A stretch of 64,000 bases of DNA, taken from contig JAUCBJ010002727.1 of NCBI GenBank assembly GCA_032718475.1, forward strand, positions 1 through 64,000. Direction: 5' to 3'. Made by a program: the position numbers and the translations under genes. Under the pieces are notes generated by a model, which did no database searches, was not told the origin of the DNA, and saw only the letters and a list, made by a program, of their open reading frames with translations. Position 1 is the first letter of the stretch. The number at the start of each line of letters is the position of its first letter. This document shows, one piece after another, positions 40,201 through 51,600 of this stretch. This stretch comes from Nemertoderma westbladi. Lineage: Eukaryota; Animalia; Xenacoelomorpha.

Positions 40201-41701
40201 ATTCAATCCACTGATATAAGATATGACAACAGTAAAACATTAAGACGGTAGGTTAAGATATGATATGCACTGATATGGACCGATATGTGAGTTGTTATGA
40301 ACCGATAACAGTCATACGCTCTATAATCTTAAGCCTACTAATGTTTCTTTCTAGAGCCGTTGTTTCTGGCTTAGACAGCAATAACAACAAAGTATCAGTA
40401 AAAAACTGTAAGACTGAACAATCCCAGTATGATCGGCTCAAAGCTCCACATCGACAGAGAGAATCGCTCTGATTGGCTGAAGCCAAACAAAGAACCATGC
40501 GTCCAATGGCTGTTTCCATTTAAGCAACCAGCTGCTAGATGTCGTAATCTGAATCATCACGGCTAAGCTGTGTAAAAGTATTTGCCGTATTGCGGGTTTT
40601 TTGCCTTACCATGTCCGCTAAAACACGTATATAGCAGAATGACTTTTATGTCCGTTAAAACACCTGTAACGGTACCTTGAGGGCGAGGGGAATATATATA
40701 CAGTTAGGGAACCTTTTTAGAGTATTCCAGCGCCTGGGGGGAAACTGGATTGCGAAGCAAAGGGGCCAGTTATATCCCACAGAAGCTTTTACACGAACTA
40801 CAAATAAACAGTGGTTGGTAGGCCTACACGTGCAGTTGATACGTCGAAATCGAACTACAAATAAACACATACAGACATAGTTTTCCTGTTTTCCTATTGA
40901 TGATGATTATTTAATATACCGGCAACCGGTACACCCCCATCTGCCCATTGACACCCCCTGAACCAAGCAGGGTTCAGGGTAGTCTTCAGTTTTATCGCGT
41001 TCGATGGTGGATAGTCTAGAGTCTCGACAGTTCGACACTTGAGGTCGAACTTGTCTGCACCCACCTGCACATCAGGCTGCAGCTGCAACCTGTCTTGCTG
41101 CTATGTACTGTACTCGTACCACGTACTGCTGTACTGCTGTAAAGTTAAAGACTGAAACAAGGTAGCAGTACAGCAGTAGGGCTGTTTACATAATCTCGTT
41201 TGAATTTCCCTCCCATTCATTGGCGGTTGTATCCCCACCTCACTCTTACATGAAATTGAGAAGACAACGTAAAGTAAAAGTAAAAGTAAATTTTCTTCGG
41301 CGACTTATTTTCAGTGCGGTCCCCCCCAGAACTATACTCCCCAGAGCAAACTCCAGTACTCATTTAGCTACCACTTAAGGCAGAGAAGCGCCATGGCTGG
41401 TCCCTTTTACCCATTGGTTTATTCTCGGCTCTCAGAACGGAGAATGCCATGAATTATCGGGTCGAGAATTGCGTGTTCTATTGGGACGGCGCCGCGAAGT
41501 TTGGTGGATCCTGAGTTCCTGACAATATATTAAATATCATTAAACACCATTTTCCGTTCTAGTTTCAGAGTTTAAGTACAACGAACATTGCAGTGCCTTG
41601 CTTATCATTTAATTTACCTGCGTGTAATACGCTAATAAACTAATACACCCTAATAGGCCCTACTGCCTAATGCTGTAAAACTAATTCAACAGGACAGCAG
41701 G

Positions 41702-42487
41702 ATGCAAACGCAGAAATTAATCCAACATATTGTCCAATGGCTGTCAGATTATTTGACCAGGTCGGGTCAAAAAGGTTTCGCAGTCGGTGTCTCAGGGGGT
41801 ATAGACTCCGCAGTTACGTCATCATTGTGTGCGAGAACCGGTAAACCAGTCTACTGTCTGGAGATGCCAATACACCAAGCTCCGGACCAGGTATCCCGGG
41901 CAACCAACCACGTAGACGCGCTGCAGAAGAAACATTCTAACGTACAACGAATAAAAGTCGATCTAACCGAAACTTTCGATAACTTCTGTAAAGCCTTTAG
42001 CGTCGATAAAACGGCGATAAACGCCGGTATCGCATTGGCTAACTCCCAATCGCGACTACGTATGACGACGTTGTACTGCGCGGCAGGAATGCATCAACTA
42101 TTAGTGGCGGGAACCGGGAATAAAGTGGAGGATTTCGGCGTCGGATTCTTTACTAAGTACGGCGACGGCGGGGTGGATTTATCCCCTATAGCAGATTTAA
42201 TGAAGAGCGAGGTTTACGAGTTGGGGACGGCGTTGGGAGTTAGCGAGGCGATTCTGTCGGCTGTTCCAACCGACGGGTTGTGGGAGGACAACAGATCGGA
42301 TGAGGACCAGATAGGGGCCTCCTACCCCGAGTTGGAATGGGCCATGAGGAACCATGAACTCCTGGCCGACGCGGATATAAGTGACAGACAGCGGGTTGTT
42401 ATGGCGATATTTAGGCGTCACAATGCCGCCGCCCAACATAAGATGAATCCAATACCGGTTTGCGAGATTCCGCCGGAACTGAAGTGA
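41702..42487 (+). CDS. nadE: NH3-dependent NAD+ synthetase, bacterial single-domain type
   Basis: GVSGGIDSAV P-loop, ANSQSRLRM, GTGNKVEDFGVGFFTKYGDGGVDLSPIADLMKSEV, PTDGL, DEDQIGASY and QHKMNPIPVC; 261 aa with no nitrilase/glutaminase domain. Confidence 0.96.
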   Translation: MQTQKLIQHIVQWLSDYLTRSGQKGFAVGVSGGIDSAVTSSLCARTGKPVYCLEMPIHQAPDQVSRATNHVDALQKKHSNVQRIKVDLTETFDNFCKAFSVDKTAINAGIALANSQSRLRMTTLYCAAGMHQLLVAGTGNKVEDFGVGFFTKYGDGGVDLSPIADLMKSEVYELGTALGVSEAILSAVPTDGLWEDNRSDEDQIGASYPELEWAMRNHELLADADISDRQRVVMAIFRRHNAAAQHKMNPIPVCEIPPELK

Positions 42488-42849
42488 TAGTTGGTTCTTA
42501 ATATGCTAAATGGGTTAATATAATATGCTAAATGGGTTAATATAAGCTCTACGAGCTAATAGAAACTCAATGTTCTAATACTGTATAAGCTAAATGCTAC
42601 AGTATAAACTAAAAAAGCAACTTCCAAATTTCCAATCACCCCCAATAACCTAAAAGGTTTTCTTTGTGACTTCCAATCTACTGTACAGAATGGAATACAA
42701 GTTGTGGACCCTTCGCGCATCACGGAAGCCTATAAAAGAAAGTGTACTAATCTCTATTAGATATACGAAAACCGTCATTCCCCAAATATTAAATGAGTGA
42801 TGCTTTGAGTTTTTGTTAAACTGGTTGTAAAAACAGAGGTCCATTTCAG

Positions 42850-43300
42850 TTTGCCCTTACACGCTTTAACTGTCATTTGTAAACCTACACAGTAGGGCTA
42901 TTTAAGTTAAGTATGACATTTTTTGTTTTACAATACTCGTCTCCTTCATTAGCCTCGTTGCGCTCGTCATGTTTGGTTTCAAAATATTTTTCCTAAACGG
43001 AGACTGACGAACTTTATAACTATGTAACTTTTCAAAAATGTGAGAGTACGGCAGATGGATACTCGTATCCATTGCAAAACTCATTGCGTTCGTTCTCTAC
43101 AACCTGGTCACCAAATATACCTTACAACATATACCGGTATCATACCTTTCCAAAGAACATGTGTACCAAATTTGGTTAGATTTCATCGAGGATTGGCTGA
43201 GTTATTAACGTTTAAAAACACGGACCTACAGAACGACAGACACAAAGATCGAGATAGTGGTACCCGTACGCTAAGCTCGTGGCTCGCCCCACTATAGTAA
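42850..43300 (-). mobile_element. Possible DINE-1/HINE-like element
   Basis: Block tgtgtaccaaatttggttagatttcatcgagg...tgagttat followed by acggac/acagac microsatellite-like units. Boundaries uncertain. Confidence 0.35.
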
Positions 43301-43732
43301 CAACTAAATGTAAATAACTATTACAATAACTATTGATTCTAGTTTATTAGAAACTGCGGTGCAATCAAGGCGTTACGCTATCATTATAAATACAATGTGT
43401 ATGAAAGCATCGGTTCAGATATTTGTTAATCATGTTCATTTAATACTGGAATATTATATTTAGTTAGGTTAGGTTGATGACCATATTTTAGTGTGTTATT
43501 AGTTTGGAATGTTTGTCTTTACGAATAAAAGTGGCGGTGAAAAATACAATTTTATTTAAAAGTAATAATTATGTGATAAACACAAATTTAATTCCCATGG
43601 CTCACTTAGTCGCATAAATCAAAAGGCTACCGAGCCTGTAATTTATTACACAAATTAACATCAATCATTGGCGCTACTAGTTTTCATCTTGTTTGAATAC
43701 GTTATTTTTGACAATGAAACAGATTCCATCCG

Positions 43733-44923
43733 CTGTCCCCGCCATCCCCTGTCTGCTGTTTGTCCAGCTGCATCCATCGCATTCCCTGTCTGCTGTTTGT
43801 CCAGCTGCATCCCTCGCCATCCCCTGTCTGCTGTTTTTCCAGCTGCATCCTTCGGCATCCCCTGTCTGCTGTTTGTCCAGCTGCATCCATCGGCATCCCC
43901 TGTCTGCTGTTTGTCCAGCTGCATCCCTCGCCATCCCGTGTCTGCTGTTCGTCCAGCTGCATCCCTCGCCATCCCCTGTCTACTGTTTGCTCAGCTGCAT
44001 CCATCGCATTCCCTGTCTGCTGTTTGTCCTGCTGCATCCCTCACCATCCCCTGTCTGCTGTTTGTCCAGCTGCATCCATCGCCACCCCCATTCTGCTGTT
44101 TGTCCAGCTGCATCCATCGCCAACCCCTGTATGCTGTTTGTCCAGCTGCATCCCTCGCCATCCCCGGTCTAATGTTTGCTCAGCTGCATCCATCGCATTT
44201 CCTGTCTGCTGTTTGTCCTGCTGCATCCCTCACCATCCCCTGTCTGCTGTTTGTCCAGCTGCATCCATCGCCACCCCCATTCTGCTGTTTTTCCAGCTGC
44301 ATCCTTCGGCATCCCCTGTCTGCTGTTTGCCCAGCTGCATCCATCGGCATCCCCTGTCTGCTGTTTGTCCAGCTGCATCCCTCGCCATCCCGTGTCTGCT
44401 GTTCGTCCAGCTGCATCCCTCGCCGTCCCCTGTCTACTGTTTGCTCAGCCGCATCCATCGCATTCCCTGTCTGCTGTTTGTCCTGCTGCATCCCTCACCA
44501 CCCCCTGTCTGCTGTTTGTCCAGCTGCATCCATCGCCACCCCCATTCTGCTGTTTGTCCAGCTGCATCCATCGGCAACCCCTGTATGCTGTTTGTCCAGC
44601 TGCATCCCTCGCCATCCCGTGTCTGCTGTTCGTCCAGCTGCATCCCTCGCCATCCCCTGTCTACTGTTTGTCCAGCCTCATCCATCGGCATCCCTTGTCT
44701 TCTGTTTGCCCAGCTGCATCCCTCGGCATCCCCTGTCTGCTGTTTGCCCAGCTGTATCCATCGGCATCCCCTGTCTGCTGTTTGCCCAGCTGCATTCCTC
44801 GCATCCCCTGTCTGCTGTTTGTCCAGCTGCATCCATGGGCATTCCCTGTCTGCTGTTTGCCCAGCTTCATCCTTCGGCCCCCTGAGTGCTGTTTGCCCAG
44901 CTGCATTCAACGGCATCCCCTGT
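43733..44923. repeat. 37-38-bp GC-rich minisatellite, about 31 copies
   Basis: Unit catcccctgtctgctgtttgtccagctgcatcc(a/c)tcg(c/g). Confidence 0.96.
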
Positions 44924-47900
44924 CATTCCTTTAACTCATTCAATAGAAAAGAATCAACAACATTATTATCATTCCTTTTACATTATTTTCACTGCAAATT
45001 TTGCTTATTGAATTCGTACAATGTAAATTTATACCTATGCATCTGTAATGAAACTTTGTTCATTAATATAGGTTGAACCGTGTTATGGTACATACATACT
45101 CTTACAACCTTGGTTATTACCTTTCAACTTTCAATCACCCCCCCCCCCCCCCTCCCCGCATATTACAAACCCCATACAGTCTGGGTACACAGCATTCTTA
45201 ATATGTAATATATATATATAATGCAGCTGCAATGCAGCATGCCGATCCTAGTAGTAGTAGGGTACTGGCAATGTAATTCAACCTGAATTAAGAAACAATA
45301 AGAGATCACCAGTTGTGATAAGGAACTCAGTGCTGAGACCGTTTGGGAATACACCACTTAAAAACCCCATGCGATATCGGCACTCATTCACTTATTGATT
45401 TTCTTTTCTATATACATTTATGTTTAATCAATTACATCAACGATCCTTGTACCAATATGGTGTGCAACTGAGAGTTTGTAACTGAGAGTCTGTTTACTTT
45501 GGTAGAATAATTGTGTAAAGGCTTTTGCGTAATTAGCCGGTTATTTTCCCCGTAAAGTACTCTGTAGTTGGTTTAACCGGCATAAAAGGCCGTGTCCTTA
45601 CTGTATTGTTGTTTTAGAGGACATAAAAGCCATTTCTTCTGTATGTGTACTTTAGCGGACATGATTAGCAATTCTATGACGCAATAAGCCGGATCCTCTT
45701 GAAACAGTGTAGATACCATGACGACGGCTAACAGCTGATATTGCCACGTAGAACATCCCTTTGTTCTTTGTTCTCTCTTTGTCCGGTCGACCAATCAGAG
45801 CGTTTTTTTGTCTCTGTGTTGGAGATGGTATATAGAAACTAGGGAAGTGAGTCAGTATTGCGACTTACATTAAGTGGTTTGAAGTGAATCTAATGCTATT
45901 TTATAGGCCCTACACGTATTGTCTGTTGTTCTCCTTATATGTGACTAAAATTAGTGAAGGTCGGCAGATTAGTGTGCAGTATTGTGCAGTATTGTGTATG
46001 ATTGTGATTGATAACGAAGCATCTCCTAAAGAATGCGCCATATACGTGAATCTATAGCCATCCCGTTGCGTCTGGTTTAAGTCATAACTCTGTTTATATA
46101 TTTAGAGCGCCACGTCCTAAAGGAACTGTTAATATTTCCCGAAAGTGAATAATATTGTCAGAGATTATATATCAAGATCAGTCGAATAATACAGTAGGTC
46201 TATCCCGCAATACGATTAGGCTTCCGAATCCAGTCTCCCGGGTATATCCAGCGGGTGAATGATCGCGCATAGACTGGTTTCGGCTAATGTAGTGTATCAA
46301 ATATTTGTCGTAGGCTAAAGACTATCTATTATCTAGAAGACATCCTAATTTGGCAGGTTAAACTGCTAAAGGTCTGAAAGCGCGAACAATAACGGATATA
46401 TCGTCTAATTGCAGGGTAGGCAATAAATACAGTTTAATATTGTTCTGGTAAGAACAATAACGAATAAAGCTTCTGTATTGCAGTAGGCAATAAAGCTGAA
46501 GTACCGGCATCCGGTACCCAGTAGGCCTGACTACCTAACCACCCGGACCGGTACCTACGGCAGTACAGGTACAGCAGTATTATTCGATTTTGATTATTAT
46601 ATACCAGTAGGTCTTAATAATTAATCGGGGATGCCTGGTTTTTATTGGGATTTTACTTAGGCCTATTTCTGTCAGTTTTATTTATTTGTAGGCCAATATT
46701 GAGCAGAAGGCGTGTAAGCCTGCTCAGATTGTACAGATAATTTGTAGGCTGGACTGTTGTCTAACTGTTGTTAAGTCTGAACGGATTACAGTGCATGTAG
46801 AGCATCTGTCCGATAAAGTGCTAGTTAGGAACGTAGGGGCTTCAAATGCTGTGAGGTAAACCCCCTTTGAAAGAATAAGTCATACTACTAGGTTAGAACG
46901 CATACTAACTAATCATTTCGGAGTCTGCATATACTGTGGTTTATTTAGGCTTGATAGTAGTCTGCCATCGTTTGGTCTGTACGTTGTTTGTGTAGTCTAT
47001 ACAGGTAGCGTATAATTCTTATTTAGATAATTTGTAGGCTGGATAGTTGTCTGGCTGTTGTTAGGTCGCTGAGGAAATTTCGGTGTGTGTAGAGTGTATG
47101 TCCGATAAAGTGCCAGTTGGGAACGTAGGGGCTTCCAGTGCTGTGAGGTAAACCCCCTCTGAAAGAATAAGTCGTACTACTAGGTTAGAACGCATACTAA
47201 CTAACCATTTCGGAGTCTGCATATACCGTGGTTTGTTTAGGCTTGATAGTAGTCTGTCAGTATTTGGTCTGCATTTTGTTTGAGTAGTCTGTACGCGTAG
47301 CGTAATATTTATTATTCAGAGTTTATGCGATTATTCGCAACATTCATTCCCCAAGTTTGTTCCTACAGTAATTGTGCTTGTTATACATACCGTTACAGTT
47401 AAACTAACTCCGGTACTACATCAGGGCTGCTCGGCGTAGGTAAAGACTGGAGATTTTGTGCTTTGGTCACTCCGGCAGATACCGTGGTTCTTTTAGCTGT
47501 TCAAGTATTTTTAACTACTGATTATTTGTTGTACAAGTACTTGTACCTAATTTAGGGTTTAGTGTACAGTGCTTTCCGAAGGCAATTAGTGTGTAGGCAG
47601 TATATTTGTGTTGTAAAGTGGTTAATAGGCACGTTGGTTCTGGTAGACCGCGGTAATTAACTTCTGGGTAGGAACACTCCGTGATACATAACGTAGTACT
47701 TATAGCGATACGGCTATAAGTCGTCAGACGGTGGTATTTTCCTATCTGGACAACGCAGTATATTTACTACTACTTATTATTTTCAAATACCGTAGTACTC
47801 TGTCCGTTGTAATAACCAGATATTCTAACCCTTTGTTAGGCTGGTTAGTAGACTTCTTGTAAAATTACCCTAAAAATTCGTATTTGTGTATTTGTATTTT

Positions 47901-48652
47901 TTTTTGTGTTTATTTAGAGATTGTAATCTCAACCCGAATTGTATGTAATTTGTAGTATTAAGTAACTTAGGCAAATTAGAATTATTTGTTTTAGTGTCCA
48001 ACAAGTAGCACTCCACTGAGAGCGCACAGCTCCTGTGTAGTGACTCCCCCAGAAATAATAACATTTATTTCAAATATTGACAAAACCCATTAAACGGGTA
48101 TATATATATTATAAATCAACTCAAACAATTTATAAATAGTAGGCCTGCCATACAACAATTAGGCCTAAATATCAGTTGGACTACTGCTTAAATAACGGTA
48201 ATAAAGTAAGTTAAAGTAACCAAGTAACCCTTAAAAATTCAGAAATTCAGTTATTCTAAGAATAATTGACATACCGGTATTTACGATAGGCCTATTATAT
48301 ATTTAGAAATTTAGGCTGAAATTATACCGGTATTCTGTAATTAATTCTAGTTAATAATTATACTTATATATACTATAAGTGTAAACTGCATACCGGTATT
48401 CACGATAGGCCTATTATATATTTATATATACTTGTGCTGAAAGTACATACCGGTATTCTGTGAAAAATCTAGTCTGTGACAATACTTATATATATATACT
48501 ATAAGCATACCGGTATTCTAATATATTAAATACATATTACGCTACACTGAGTAGCAGTATCAGTAATTAATTACTAGGCTAACAGTGATACTGAATTGCT
48601 AGGCTTGCTTAAACTGTAATATAGCAGTAGGCATTCAACTGTACGAACCAAC

Positions 48653-51600
48653 ATGTCTGACACAAAGCAAAACCTGTCGGACAGTCTCCTAGATACTACC
48701 ATCTGTGACCCAGACAGGAGTGTGGAACGTGAGGGACCGAAATTCAATTCACCTCCTACTGTAAGAAAGATCATCCCTCCAGTAGTAATATCAGACCCTA
48801 GGCTGGTTCAACACCGTAGGTCTATCATAGGCACTCGAGCTCAGGTCAAGCGGGACCAAGAAGCAGCAGAACAGCAACAACCCGTGAGCCAAGAACTTAT
48901 TTCTCAACGCCCCGACCACTCCAGTAGTGAGGATACTGTAGAGCTGGCACCCGAGCACGGCGCAAAGATGACAGATGTGGTTTATTCGGACCCCCTTCTC
49001 ATCCTTCCTGCAGCCGTACTGCACTAGGTTATTGATTGCGGTGGAAGAACACCAGATCGATTGGGCGAGAAATAAGCAATCGACTAAAGATAGTTATGCG
49101 GGATACACAAGGGAAGAACTGAAGTCTATTGTCGAGTCGCAATGGAACTTCCCCGGACCCGGACTCCCGTTTGATTTATCAGAAGCTGCCTGGGAAGATA
49201 TACACAGGATGGGAGTAACCAAGGAAACCATCGATCCAGCTGTGTGGAAGAGGTCCGCAGCTGGATACGCACAGGGATTCTTCAGCTCTATGGAGCGAGT
49301 AGAAAAACAACTGTTTCAACAACCCCAAGGACCTCAAGAGCAGGGACAACTGCTTTATCAAGTTAGAGAAAGAATTCTACGAATCAGGCTAATATTATCA
49401 GCCTTTGAGGAGGCTTCTAAAAGAAGACAAGACACGTCGTTGCAAGTTGCTGTAAAGACTTGGTTTCAAAAGGTGAGTCTCCAGGTTCAAGGAACAGCTC
49501 AGTGGAAAGCTCAGCTAGATGAGCACTCAACCCATGGAGAATCAACAGACGCTACATTTTCCCAAGTGGAGAGTGAAGCGACGGCAGAGAAACCACATAA
49601 GAGGGATGCCATTGACATTTATCTGTCAGACTATCAACGTTTTTTAGGTGATGAAGAGTTGAGGAGAAGGCTGGATGGACTTAGCCCTAATAGTGAAGGA
49701 ACCCAGCGTGTGTTGGACGCCATCGATGTGGATATGAGAGCTGCGAACCAAGCTAAATTTGATGAACAACTCCGCATCACTAGAGTCCAAGAAGAACAAG
49801 TGAAGAAAAAACGTATAGAAGACAGAAAGGCAGCAGCAGTGGCAGCAGCAGTGGCAGCTGCAGAAGCAGAAAGAAAAGCGGCAGTGGCAGCGGCAGAGGC
49901 AGAGGCAGAAGCGGAAAGAAAGGCGGCAGAGGCAGAGGCAGAAGCGGAAAGAAAAGTGGCAGCGGCAGCGGCCGAAGCGGAAAGAAAGGCGGCAGTGACA
50001 GCGGCAGAGGCAGTAGCAGAAGCAGAACGGAGAGCTTCTGAAGAAACCACCCAATTAGAATTGGAAAACATTCAGGAGAATCAAGACTGCATAAATAAAC
50101 AGTTAACAGCTAGTAATATGCAGATGATGAGTCGATCTACTCCCAAAAGACAGGGATATACATCATCTCAGGAAGGCGATACCACCGAAGGCAGAGGAAA
50201 TAGATCTCGTCTAAGCAGACGTAGAAGAACATCCCACCGTCAGAAATTGCCTGATCTGCCCCCAGCTGTTAGAAGGCAACTAAATGACACAGATTTAGGT
50301 AGTACAGAACCCACAGACCAAATAATTAAAATAGAAAGACTCCCTACTATAGTAGATGAGCCTGAAATAATTAGGCCTGTTCTTGAAATCACCCCTTCGG
50401 TGATAGAGACACCTGTGCTCCCAGAACCCACCTTTAAATTCCCTTTACACAGCACCAAATTATCTGTGCCTAGAGGAACAGCCCCTGAAGCAGTGTCGGT
50501 CCTGGACTCCGAGCGAAATATAAAGGATATATCGCCCGTAGTCCCTCGTCTGCCCACTACGACGTTGGCGGATCCCGCTTCGGCGGTTGATTGGGTAGAC
50601 GAGAGACGGCGGGGGATGGACATTCTCCTCGGAGAGATGAAGGAGAATCGAGTGCGCTCCTCCCTACAGGTCCGAGAGTTAGAAGGGACTGTTCAACAGT
50701 TAAGGGGAACCGTAAAGGAAAGTAGGTTAGAGTTGCAAGAAGTGCAGCAAAGTATCGCGCTAGAACGCGATAAATTAGTAAATTTACAAAGGGGTATACC
50801 ACCACCCCCGGTAACAATGTGTCAACCTGTTAGGTCTGAAGTATCTCATGCGCAAGGTGTGGAGCCTACACGCATATATACTGCTATCGAAGTAGAAACT
50901 CCTATAGTGAACCCTATTAAGGGTAATTATAGACCTGTTGATAATGATATTCCCTATAGACCTGATCATAATCCGAGAAATTTATATACCGATAACTCGA
51001 TATTAAATAACACGATGGCCCAAGAAAGTTTTACGCGTCAAATGGCTAGAACCGAAGCCCGGCAAGCCGTAAAGGTGGGAGAGATCGTCAAGTTCAATGG
51101 AGATGAGATGAAATGGTTACCTTTTAATGAATATTACAAAGATAACATACAGAACTCTGTGTTATCTAATGGAGAGAAACTTAGATTCCTCATCGAGTGC
51201 TTGGAAGGATCTCCCAAGTTAATGGCGTTAAAGTTTATTGGACATCCAGACGGATTAAGACAAGTTTGGGATACACTAAACATCAGGTATGGTAATAGGA
51301 ATAACATAGCTAAATATTTGTATGCAAAATTAGTAGCGCCCCGAAAGTTCATTAGCAGCGGGATAATAGAGTTTTCCGATGAGATTCAGGAGATCTGTAG
51401 ACAATTAGATTGGTTAGGTAAGTCTCATGAATATCATAGTTCTATGGTTATTGGAGCCGTGGCCTCTACTTTACCGAAGGGTGGAGTAGGTACACGCTGG
51501 GATAAGAAAGTGTTGTACATGATGGAACAACAACGACGAGACCCTACCATGGCTGATCTTATGTCATTCTTAGATGGAGAAGTGAAATTACAGCTCCTAA

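Larger units (their letters stand above)
29668..40793 (-). mobile_element. BEL/Pao LTR retrotransposon, internally deleted derivative with accessory ORFs, element 2
   Basis: 1249-bp LTRs at 29668-30916 and 39545-40793 (one mismatch seen), TSD CGAAC, PPT GGGAGCGG; collinear with element 3. Confidence 0.95.

Noticed and set aside
43661-45076. Long Cys/Pro-rich ORFs in several frames
   Set aside because: The minisatellite is stop-poor in all frames and the 37/38-bp units shift frame, so there is no evidence of coding.
45330-45360. 5S rRNA-like motif gagaccgtttgggaatac
   Set aside because: Too short, with no flanking 5S similarity.
48975-49027. Programmed frameshift near the gag start of element 3
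   Set aside because: More simply explained by one extra C in a homopolymer (DPFSSF restored); mutation or sequencing error.
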